From: a virus
Lineage: Duplodnaviria > Caudoviricetes
DNA length: 64,000 bases
Direction: 5' to 3' (one strand)
IMG/VR virus record: IMGVR_UViG_2867134129_000001
Location: 1-64,000 of that record
Made by a program: the position numbers and the translations under genes. Under the pieces are notes generated by a model, which worked only from the letters and a program-made list of their open reading frames with translations, was not told the DNA's origin and did not search any database. This document shows positions 44,334-52,052 of this stretch, one piece after another; the first letter of the stretch is position 1; the number at the start of each line of letters is the position of its first letter.

Positions 44334-44855
44334 TCACTGCTCGCTCTCAAGGGGTGTTTCGTCGGGCTGGTTGGCGATCTCTGCGATGCCCTGGGCGAGC
44401 TTCCCGAGCATCGACTTGGCGTCATCCGCTCCGCTACCACTACTCTCCGCCGGTGCGAGCTTGAGTGACTTGTCGATGGCTATACCGGCGGTGCTCATGA
44501 GGGAGCGTTTATCGGCGGGCGGCGGCTCGTCGACGGGCTCGCTGTTGTAGATGTTCTGCGCCCCGCCGAAGGCGTAAACGACGGTCGGCTCCCACAGCTT
44601 CTTCCGCAGGCGTTCGGCGTCGCTGGTGAGCTGTTCGGCGAGGATGCTGCGCCGCTCGGCAAGGTCGGCGAGCCGCGCGGCTGTGGCGGCTTCGATGCGC
44701 GACCGGTCGAAGGTCACGCCGAGGTGTTCGGCGGTGCGGGAGACGACTGCGGCGGTGAGCCCCATTTCGCGGCAGATCGCGTTCCGGCCGAGCCCTTCCG
44801 TGTGGAGTTCGAGGAACCGCTCGAACTTGTCCTCGCCCATGGTCCCTTTAGGCAT
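44334..44855 (-). CDS. terS: Terminase small subunit (HTH type)
   Basis: ELHTEGLGRNAICREMG HTH, FDRS, AKSMLGKL; position upstream of TerL. Confidence 0.75.
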   Translation of the reverse strand: MPKGTMGEDKFERFLELHTEGLGRNAICREMGLTAAVVSRTAEHLGVTFDRSRIEAATAARLADLAERRSILAEQLTSDAERLRKKLWEPTVVYAFGGAQNIYNSEPVDEPPPADKRSLMSTAGIAIDKSLKLAPAESSGSGADDAKSMLGKLAQGIAEIANQPDETPLESEQ

Positions 44856-45730
44856 CAGGCCCTCCGTTCTGCTTGCGCGTACTGGCGTAGGAGTCGCGGC
44901 AACGCCGTGCCGTCGACGGTCCAGGTGGGGGCGTAGGGGATGGTCCAGCACCTGCAGGACGGGTGCAGCGGGGGCCCTTTGAGGGCGGTGGCGAACACGG
45001 TGCGTCGCGGGTCGAGGGAGAGGGCGGCAGGAAACCGTCGGCCGGCGGCGACGCTGCGTCCGGCGTAGGCGGCACATGCAGCGCAGGCGCCGGGTTCGGC
45101 GACCCATAGGAGCCGGGTGGTGGGCCCGATGGCGCGGGCGACTGCAGCAGCGGCGTGTGCGGCGGCGCTGGTGACGGCGACGGCGGCATGGCGGGCGATG
45201 CGGGTGACGGCGCGCCGGGCCCGGTTGAACACCCCTGTGACGCCTGCGAATCCGAGGGCGGTGAGGCTGGCCGCGGTAAGGAGCGCCAGCGCGTGGTGGT
45301 GCTCCTCGTCGACAGCGGCGGGTACGGCGTCTGCTGCGGCGGCGGCCTCGGGGCCGATGACGGGCTGGACCGGTGGCGACGGGGCTTCCCGCATCGCGGC
45401 GGCGAGCGCGGACGCTTGCCGGGTACTGAGCTGCGCCGAGTTGAAGGCGGCGATGCGGATGCTGTCGGCCGCCAGCTTGCCCTTGCCGCGGAACGCTTCG
45501 GTCAGCAGCTGCTTGATAGCGGCGATGAGCCGGTCCAGGGCGCTGGGTGACGGGAGGGTTTGCCGGTCGGTGGCGTGGAGCCATTGCCGGGTGGCTACCT
45601 GCTGGGCGCCGGTGAGCGCGCGGGCGAGGGGGGCTGCTGCGTCGTGGGCGGCTTGCTGTTCGATGCGGCGGAGTGCGGCGGGGAGTTGCCGTGCCGTGTC
45701 GGCTATACGGTTGCTGCTGACCATCACCAC
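44855..45730 (-). CDS. Minor head (MuF/SPP1 gp7-like) protein
   Basis: LWVAEPGACAAC and PPLHPSCRC motifs. Confidence 0.75.
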   Translation of the reverse strand: MVMVSSNRIADTARQLPAALRRIEQQAAHDAAAPLARALTGAQQVATRQWLHATDRQTLPSPSALDRLIAAIKQLLTEAFRGKGKLAADSIRIAAFNSAQLSTRQASALAAAMREAPSPPVQPVIGPEAAAAADAVPAAVDEEHHHALALLTAASLTALGFAGVTGVFNRARRAVTRIARHAAVAVTSAAAHAAAAVARAIGPTTRLLWVAEPGACAACAAYAGRSVAAGRRFPAALSLDPRRTVFATALKGPPLHPSCRCWTIPYAPTWTVDGTALPRLLRQYAQAERRA

Positions 45731-45880
45731 CCACCCCCTTGATCCTTGGATTCTAAGGACATCTTGCGCTATGGCCTTTGATTGTGCAGCATTGTGGTGG
45801 GTTCAGGGTTAACATCTGGGCTAACACGCCAGCGGACAAGGCGCCGCCGACGCGTGTAGGCCGCCCAAGGAGGCACCGAG
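45731..45880. promoter_or_regulatory. AT-rich divergent late-promoter region
   Basis: Non-coding low-GC gap between oppositely oriented morphogenesis arms; IR tcctt-N7-aagga. Confidence 0.5.
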
Positions 45881-46654
45881 ATGAGCACCCCCGCCCCCGC
45901 CACACCCGAGGGAACGACACCGGACCCCGGCACCCAGCCGGCCACCCCGCCTGCACCCCCGGCCGCACCGACTCCGCCAGAGTCGGCCGCACCCACCACC
46001 GAACCGGTAGAGCCCGCCACCGAACCCAAGGGGAAGTCCCCGACGTTCGAAGGCGACTTCGACCCGGCCAAGTTCCAGAAGCTCGTCGAGAACCTCCGTG
46101 GTGACGTCGAAGCCGAGAAGGCCAAGCGAACCGCCGCAGAGAAGAAAGCCGCAGACGATCAGGCCGCCTTCATGAAGAAGGTCGCCGGAGCGTTCGGCAT
46201 CGAGACCGACGAGCAGAAGCCGCCCACCCCTGAAGAGCTCAGCGCGCAGCTGGCTGAGGCGCAGACCCGGACCAAGGCGTCCGACGATCGCGCCCGCCAG
46301 ACGCAGGTGGAGCTCGCCGTCTACAAGACGGCCGGGAAGCACGGCGGCGACCCCGACGCACTCCTCGACTCACGCTCCTTCGCCAAGGCCATCGAAAAGC
46401 TCGACCCGTTCGACGACGGGTTCGGTGAAGCGGTCGCCAAGGCGGTGAAGGCGGCAGTCGACAGCAACTCCAAGCTCGCGGCCAAGGCGCCGAAGCGGGA
46501 GCCGGAGCCCACCCCCGCAGGTGGCGCACCGATGGACGGGGCCGGGAACGGCAAGCGGCAGCTGGGTGCAGCGGACGTGGCGCGCATGACCGCCGAAGAG
46601 ATCACCAAGGCCGTGCAGGAGGGAAGGCTCAACGCCTACCTCGGCAGCGGCTGA
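45881..46654 (+). CDS. Capsid scaffolding protein
   Basis: Pro/Ala-rich N-terminus, coiled coil, DPDALLDSRSF; precedes the capsid gene. Confidence 0.8.
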   Translation: MSTPAPATPEGTTPDPGTQPATPPAPPAAPTPPESAAPTTEPVEPATEPKGKSPTFEGDFDPAKFQKLVENLRGDVEAEKAKRTAAEKKAADDQAAFMKKVAGAFGIETDEQKPPTPEELSAQLAEAQTRTKASDDRARQTQVELAVYKTAGKHGGDPDALLDSRSFAKAIEKLDPFDDGFGEAVAKAVKAAVDSNSKLAAKAPKREPEPTPAGGAPMDGAGNGKRQLGAADVARMTAEEITKAVQEGRLNAYLGSG

Positions 46655-46674
46655 TGCCTCCCTAGGAGCCTCCG

Positions 46675-47526
46675 TTGTCCATCAACAACTTCAAGCCCGA
46701 GATCTGGTCGGCGCAGCTGCTGACCGCCCTCCGCGCCTCCCTCGTCTACGCCCAGCCGCAGCTCGTCAACACCAACTACGAGGGCGAGATCTCCTCGCGC
46801 GGCCAGTCGCTGCACATCACCACCATCGGCGACCCGACGATCTTCGACTATGACGCGGGCGACACCCTCAACTACGAGGACGTCGAGACCGCAGGCGTGG
46901 ACCTGGTCATCGACCAGGGCAAGGCGTTCGCCTTCAAGCTCGACGACGTCGACAAGGCGCAGGCCCTCGTCAACCCCATGGGGCAGATGGCGCAGAACGC
47001 CGCCTACGGCCTCCGGGACCGGGCCGACGCCTACGTCGCCTCCCTGTACACCGGGGTGGCCAGTGCGAACACCGTCGGGTCGACCGGCTCCCCGATCTCT
47101 CTGAGCACCGCCACGGACGCCTACGACAAGGTCCTCGTGCCGCTCCGCACCAAGCTCGACCGGGCCAACGTCCCCACCGAGGGCAGGTACTTCGTCGGGT
47201 CCCCGGAATTCGAGGGCGCCCTCCTCCGCGACGACCGCTTCGTCCGCGTCGACGCCTCCGGTGGCGAGCAGGGCCTCCGCAACGGCATGACCGGCCGGGC
47301 CGCCGGCTTCGACATCCTGAAGTCGAACAACACCCCCAACCCGACCGGCAACGTGCAGGTCATGCAGGCCGGCTACCCGGGTGCGATCACCTACGCCGAG
47401 CAGATCCTGGAGACCGAGGCGCTGCGCCTCCAGTCGACGATCGCCGACGCGATCCGTGGTCTCCACGTGTACGGCGCGAAGCTCCTGCGGCCCACCGGGA
47501 TCGCGGTCGCCTTCGTCACTCCGTGA
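46675..47526 (+). CDS. Major capsid protein
   Basis: MSINNFKPEIWSAQLL, NYEGEI, NVPTEGR, GRAAGFDI, DAIRGLHVYGAKLLRP. Confidence 0.92.
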   Translation: MSINNFKPEIWSAQLLTALRASLVYAQPQLVNTNYEGEISSRGQSLHITTIGDPTIFDYDAGDTLNYEDVETAGVDLVIDQGKAFAFKLDDVDKAQALVNPMGQMAQNAAYGLRDRADAYVASLYTGVASANTVGSTGSPISLSTATDAYDKVLVPLRTKLDRANVPTEGRYFVGSPEFEGALLRDDRFVRVDASGGEQGLRNGMTGRAAGFDILKSNNTPNPTGNVQVMQAGYPGAITYAEQILETEALRLQSTIADAIRGLHVYGAKLLRPTGIAVAFVTP

Positions 47527-47558
47527 TCCGTCGACCCATCTGACCTGGGAGTTTCCCC

Positions 47559-47936
47559 ATGCCTCGCACCGCAGTTCCGTACACCCAGTTCGTTCCGAAC
47601 GGCCACCTGACCGACGTCGCCGGAACCACGATCGATTCCACGCTCGTGACCAACGGCGTAGTCATCAACGACGTCGACCCCGAGCGCACCCTCATCCGCG
47701 TCACGAACACCGCCGGGGCTACGAAGGCCATCACCGTGAAGGCGGGCACCGGCACGCAGTCGTGGATGGCTGGGCAGGGCGATTCCGTGACGACCGCAGC
47801 GGCAACCAGCGGTGTGGAGTGGCTCGGCCCGTTCACTTCCGCCCGGTTCCAGCAGCGCGGTTCGAAGCTCTTCGTCGACTTCGCCAGCGGCACCACCGGC
47901 ACGATCACGGTGTTCAAGCTCCCGAAGGCGTACTGA
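47559..47936 (+). CDS. Putative capsid decoration protein
   Basis: Beta-rich MPRTAV..LGPFTSARFQQ; follows the capsid gene. Confidence 0.65.
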   Translation: MPRTAVPYTQFVPNGHLTDVAGTTIDSTLVTNGVVINDVDPERTLIRVTNTAGATKAITVKAGTGTQSWMAGQGDSVTTAAATSGVEWLGPFTSARFQQRGSKLFVDFASGTTGTITVFKLPKAY

Positions 47937-47937
47937 C

Positions 47938-48525
47938 ATGGGGCGCCGCGAGTACATCGGCACAGGTGGGCTTCGGCTCCACCTGGACGACCCGCCGACC
48001 GGGGAGATGGCCAAGCAGGTCGCCCGCGGCCACCTGGTCCCCGTCTCCGGGAGCGCCCCAGACGTCCCGGACGGCGACAAGTCGCTCGTCGTCGTGGACG
48101 GGGCTGAGGCGACCACGGCGGACCGTATCGGTACGAAGCCCCCGGTGGGCGAGAAGCCGGGCGACGACGGTACGGCGAAGGAGTGGGCGACCTACGCGGT
48201 CACCCTCGGCCTCCTCGCCGACCACGCCTACTCCCTCACGCTCACCCAGCTTCAGGAGTGGGTGACCGCCCACGAGAAGGGGCTCGGCGAGGGCACCCCG
48301 GCGCCGGTTCCGAACCTGGATCCGGAGTCGCCGGCCACACCCGCCACCGAGGTGCCGGACCGGCCTGCGGCGAACGCGAAGGTCGCCGACTGGCGGGAGT
48401 ACGCCATCGCCCTGGGCATGGACCCGGACCAGGCGAAGGACGCCACCAAGTCCGACTGCCAGGACTACGCCCAGGTCGTCGAGGACTCCCGCGAGTCCGC
48501 CGTAGACCCCGAGGGCCAGGAGTAG
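47938..48525 (+). CDS. Head-region protein with duplicated small helical domain
   Basis: Two P..(D/N)....W..YA..LG units. Confidence 0.65.
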   Translation: MGRREYIGTGGLRLHLDDPPTGEMAKQVARGHLVPVSGSAPDVPDGDKSLVVVDGAEATTADRIGTKPPVGEKPGDDGTAKEWATYAVTLGLLADHAYSLTLTQLQEWVTAHEKGLGEGTPAPVPNLDPESPATPATEVPDRPAANAKVADWREYAIALGMDPDQAKDATKSDCQDYAQVVEDSRESAVDPEGQE

Positions 48526-48528
48526 CCG

Positions 48529-48900
48529 GTGCCCTACGCGACTGTCCCCGATCTCGCGGCGTGGCTGGCCCCCGAGCCGGCCCCGTCGAACGCTGTGCGC
48601 CTGTTGACGTTGGCGTCGCAGCGTGTCGACCGTGCCCTGCTCGGGGCGTGGTATGACCGCGACGACGCCGAGGTGCTGGAGGTGCTGCGGCAGGCGACGG
48701 TCCAGCAGGTGCATTGGATGCTGGAGCGCGGTGACGAGACCGAGGCCGAGTCGGATCTTCAGTCGATGTCGACGGGGCAACGGTCTTTCTCGAAGCGGGC
48801 GCTCCGGGATGGGGAGCAGCCTCAGCGGCTCGCCTCGGCCGTGGGTGACCTGCTGCGCACCTGCGGCTTGTTCCGGTTCGATCCGCTGGTGGTGGGCTGA
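48529..48900 (+). CDS. Head-tail adaptor
   Basis: MPYATVPDLAAWL..LLTLASQRVD; position. Confidence 0.75.
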   Translation: MPYATVPDLAAWLAPEPAPSNAVRLLTLASQRVDRALLGAWYDRDDAEVLEVLRQATVQQVHWMLERGDETEAESDLQSMSTGQRSFSKRALRDGEQPQRLASAVGDLLRTCGLFRFDPLVVG

Positions 48901-49238
48901 TGCCGGGCCCCATCGGACGCCAGACGGTTGTGCTCGTTGACGCACCGCTGGTCAACGGGGACTACAACACTGAGGTTCGGGACTGGGCGCACGTCACTCG
49001 TACCCCCGTGTACGGGTGCACCGTCGACTATGTGTCGTCGTCGGAGGCCCATGAGGCGCGCGACCAGACGGTCACAGCCGCCCAGTTGGATATGCCGCGC
49101 CGCGCCCCCCGGGTGTCGGAGTGGTCCCGGGTCGAGTGGGACGGCCGCACCTGGGAGGTCGACGGGGTGCCTCGTGACGTTCAGGAGGCCGGTCCGCTGT
49201 CGGGGCAGACGGTGCGGCTGCTGGAGGTGGCCGGATGA
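48900..49238 (+). CDS. Head closure / stopper protein
   Basis: RDW..RVEWDGRTWEVDGVP; position. Confidence 0.75.
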   Translation: MPGPIGRQTVVLVDAPLVNGDYNTEVRDWAHVTRTPVYGCTVDYVSSSEAHEARDQTVTAAQLDMPRRAPRVSEWSRVEWDGRTWEVDGVPRDVQEAGPLSGQTVRLLEVAG

Positions 49239-49561
49239 ACGACATGCGCATTGACCTCGATGAGGACGCCATCGCCGGACTGGTACTGCATCCCGATGTG
49301 CAGACCGATCTTCGAGGCCGAATGAAGAAGGTCGAGGAGGTCGCGATCGCGACAGCCCCGGTCTACACGGGCGAGTTCCAGGAGTCGATCCACCTCGTCG
49401 ACCACTCCGACGCGGACGGCACTTGGCACGTCGATGCGGACGCCCCGCACTCGTACTTCGTGGAGCACGGGACCCGGCAGACGGACCGCAACGGCCGTTC
49501 GATTCACCCGCCCCGCTACACGATGTCCCACGCTCTCGACGCCGCAGGAGGCGACCACTGA
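49235..49561 (+). CDS. HK97 gp10-like tail completion protein
   Basis: APVYTGEFQESI, YFVEHGT. Confidence 0.78.
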   Translation: MNDMRIDLDEDAIAGLVLHPDVQTDLRGRMKKVEEVAIATAPVYTGEFQESIHLVDHSDADGTWHVDADAPHSYFVEHGTRQTDRNGRSIHPPRYTMSHALDAAGGDH

Positions 49562-49860
49562 TGAAGGAAAACTCGACGCCGGACCGACCGGAGATCGGGG
49601 AGGCCGTTCACTACCTGGACGGTGTGCTCGACGAGCAGCACTTGACCTGCCGCCGGGCCGTCGTCTGCGCCGTGCCCGAGCAGCTCCTGGCCGGGGACCA
49701 CTTCGGAAGCTTGAACGGCACCGACGGCGAGTGGGCGGCCGACCTTGAGGTGACCGATCCGACCACCACGTTCCTCAACGTCTTGTGCGCTGAGGATTCG
49801 CCGAGGCGGGGCACCTGGCACCGCGCCGAGGCCCCCAGTGAGGAGGCTTCCAATGTCTGA
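49561..49860 (+). CDS. Small phage protein
   Basis: PEIGEAVHY..CRRAVV..GTWH motif; TGATG-coupled. Confidence 0.6.
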   Translation: MKENSTPDRPEIGEAVHYLDGVLDEQHLTCRRAVVCAVPEQLLAGDHFGSLNGTDGEWAADLEVTDPTTTFLNVLCAEDSPRRGTWHRAEAPSEEASNV

Positions 49861-50068
49861 CTGCAGCACCGTGAAGATGCGCTTGACGTTCCCCCGGGGC
49901 AAGCAGCAGCCCGGCGAGATCGTCGAGGTCGCCTCCGACGAGGTCCACCGCTGGAAGGGCTTCGCCGAGCTGGTCAAGGACGACCCGAAGGCCGACGAGG
50001 TCGTCAAGACGGCAGGCGACAAGAACCCGACGACCGGCAGCGTGCCGCAGAAGGCCGCAGGCAAGTAG
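49853..50068 (+). CDS. Small phage protein
   Basis: GGAGG RBS; PGEIVEV. Confidence 0.55.
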   Translation: MSDCSTVKMRLTFPRGKQQPGEIVEVASDEVHRWKGFAELVKDDPKADEVVKTAGDKNPTTGSVPQKAAGK

Positions 50069-50070
50069 CC

Positions 50071-50502
50071 ATGGTCACCCCGCTGGTCCTCCCTGACGGC
50101 AAGAAGGTCGCCATCGACCTGCTGAGCGCCGGCATGCCCGGTGTCCTTGTGACGTCGAAGCTCCCCGAGGGCAAGGCGCTGACCGCGGCGCTCCCCGTGG
50201 TCAGGGTCCTGCGGATCGGCGGCACCAGCACCATGCGCGGCTGGTCCGACCCGGCCACCACCGACCGGCCCCGGTTCTCGATCGACTGCTACGCCCCCGA
50301 CGAGGGCGCGGCCATGCGCCTCGCGCTGCGGGTGTGTGCCGCGTGGGAACTGTTCCCTGGACGCTCCACGGGGGACGCCACCGTCAGCGCCATCTCGCAG
50401 GAGACCGGCCCGCAAGACCGACCAGAAGAGCCCAACACCGGCATCGCCCGTGTCGGCATGATCCTGGGGATGAGCGTCCGCCCACCCCTCCCGAACAGCT
50501 AG
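50071..50502 (+). CDS. Tail terminator
   Basis: LPVVRVLRIGG, DRPRFSIDCYA; precedes the major tail gene. Confidence 0.8.
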   Translation: MVTPLVLPDGKKVAIDLLSAGMPGVLVTSKLPEGKALTAALPVVRVLRIGGTSTMRGWSDPATTDRPRFSIDCYAPDEGAAMRLALRVCAAWELFPGRSTGDATVSAISQETGPQDRPEEPNTGIARVGMILGMSVRPPLPNS

Positions 50503-50512
50503 GAGGCCCGTC

Positions 50513-51100
50513 GTGGGCGACTCTGCGAACATCATCGTCGGCACAGCGGGCAAGGCGTATGCGGCCCCCGTCGGGACCACGTTCCCCACCGGACCGGAGG
50601 TCGCCTGGCCGGCTGGGTTCGCCGACATGGGGTTCATCACCCCGGACGGTCTCGAAGAGGCCCTGGCGGAGGAGCGCACCCAGCTCGACGCGTGGGGTGA
50701 GGACGCGCCCGTCGTCGACTTGGCGAAGAAGCGCACCCAGACGTTCAAGCTGGTCTTCCGGGAGACGACTGCCCAGCTGCTGTCCCTGTACTACCAGGTG
50801 CAGATGGACAACATGACCAGCATCCCGTCGGCGGTGGGGCCGCCGGCGACAAAGCAGTTCCTGTCCTTCGGGTCCGGGTCGACCCAGGACACGGTGGAGA
50901 TCGCCCTGGGTCTGGATGTGATCTACGGCGGGAAGCGCCACCGCATCATGATCGCCCGCTGTGGCGTGTCCGACCGGGGCGCCCGCAAGCACAGCGCGGA
51001 CGACAGCTCGAACTACGAGCTGACCTTCACCGCCCTGTCCGCACCGGGTGGAGCCCAGTCCGTCCAGCACATGATCACCGAGGTCACCCTCCCCGCCTGA
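50513..51100 (+). CDS. Major tail (tube) protein
   Basis: AYAAPVGT, MGFITPDG, YELTFTAL. Confidence 0.88.
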   Translation: MGDSANIIVGTAGKAYAAPVGTTFPTGPEVAWPAGFADMGFITPDGLEEALAEERTQLDAWGEDAPVVDLAKKRTQTFKLVFRETTAQLLSLYYQVQMDNMTSIPSAVGPPATKQFLSFGSGSTQDTVEIALGLDVIYGGKRHRIMIARCGVSDRGARKHSADDSSNYELTFTALSAPGGAQSVQHMITEVTLPA

Positions 51101-51109
51101 CCCCTGACT

Positions 51110-51183
51110 GGTGATCCGTCGCGCCCAATCCCTGGCGGGGGCGGCACGGCGGATCACCTGCAAAGCCCCCGCCTGCCCCCGCC
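51110..51183 (+). other. Structured RNA element (hairpin plus potential pseudoknot) between the tail tube and chaperone genes
   Basis: ggtgatccgtcg/cggcggatcacc stem; loop ggcgggggc complementary to gcccccgcc at 51165 and 51175. Confidence 0.5.
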
Positions 51184-51202
51184 TGAGTAAGGAACCCGGA
51201 CC

Positions 51203-51631
51203 ATGTCCAAGCCGAACCGCAAGGTTATCCGCCTCCAGGAGATGCGCGCCCAGATCGCGCAGAAGGCCGGGGTCAAGCACGTCGACCTCGTCTTCGAGGT
51301 CCCCGGCGACACCGAGGGCGAGGTCAACGAGCGCACCTGCTCGTTCCTCACCCAGGACTACTGGCCCCTCGCCGTTGTCAAGGCCGTCGAAGCGGAAGGC
51401 GACAGCAACAACCTCGGCGTCCTCCGGAAGATCGCGACCCCGCCCGAGGCGTTCGACCAGCTCATCGAGACCGCCCAGCTCACCGTCGGTGAACTCACCG
51501 AACTACTCAAGGACATCAGCGGGGAGGCGGGCACCGACACGGGGGAAGGCTCCGGCTCCTCCAGCTCCTCGAAGAGCACTCCGGAGCCCTCCGCGCCGAC
51601 CTCATCCGCTACTACCCCGGTCGCCGCCTAG
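51203..51631 (+). CDS. Tail assembly chaperone (short form)
   Basis: Between tail tube and tape measure; ends DTGEGSGSSSSS. Confidence 0.8.
   Translation: MSKPNRKVIRLQEMRAQIAQKAGVKHVDLVFEVPGDTEGEVNERTCSFLTQDYWPLAVVKAVEAEGDSNNLGVLRKIATPPEAFDQLIETAQLTVGELTELLKDISGEAGTDTGEGSGSSSSSKSTPEPSAPTSSATTPVAA
51541..51547 (+). promoter_or_regulatory. -1 ribosomal frameshift slippery site G GGG GAA
   Basis: In frame with the chaperone; the -1 frame is open from here into ORF 51646-52038. Confidence 0.8.
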
Positions 51632-52038
51632 ACGAGTTCTGGGCCATGTCTTGGGGCGAGGGGTCCATGAACTGGGCTGAACTCCGGGACCTGGTCGAGC
51701 ACCTGCCGGAGGACTCCGCAACGAAGGCGGCAACGGCTGGGGACGTGGACGGGAGGCGGTGGACGCAGGGCACCTACTTGCAGGCCGCCCAGTACAACGC
51801 CCTCCTCCTCATGATCCGCGTCCTGTGGGCCGCCCATCTCAAGGGCGAACCACCGGACATGCCCCCGGTCGAATCCCCGGCCACCGAGGTCGACGAGCGG
51901 CAAGCCGAACTCGAAGCCGCCGGGGCTGCGTACAGCGAGGCAGTCCTCAACCAGTTTTCACCCAGCACCACCCAGACCGATCAAGCGGAGATCGACCACT
52001 GGGCCAGCAAGCTCCGCGAACTCGAAGCAGCACCGTAG
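51541..52038 (+). CDS. Tail assembly chaperone, frameshifted extension (long form C-terminus)
   Basis: -1 frame reads RLRLLQLLEEHSGALRADLIRYYPG..WAELRDLVEHLPEDSAT. Confidence 0.78.
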   Translation, partial: GGRLRLLQLLEEHSGALRADLIRYYPGRRLDEFWAMSWGEGSMNWAELRDLVEHLPEDSATKAATAGDVDGRRWTQGTYLQAAQYNALLLMIRVLWAAHLKGEPPDMPPVESPATEVDERQAELEAAGAAYSEAVLNQFSPSTTQTDQAEIDHWASKLRELEAAP

Positions 52039-52052
52039 GAGGGGAGGGCAGC

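Noticed and set aside
40071-45730. Invertible segment or simple inversion explaining the reversed packaging genes
   Set aside because: No invertase or flanking inverted repeats seen, and reversing the block would not restore the canonical gene order
51759-52052. N-terminal extension of the tape measure in the ORF track
   Set aside because: Overlaps the chaperone extension; the real start with a GGAGGG RBS is at 52053
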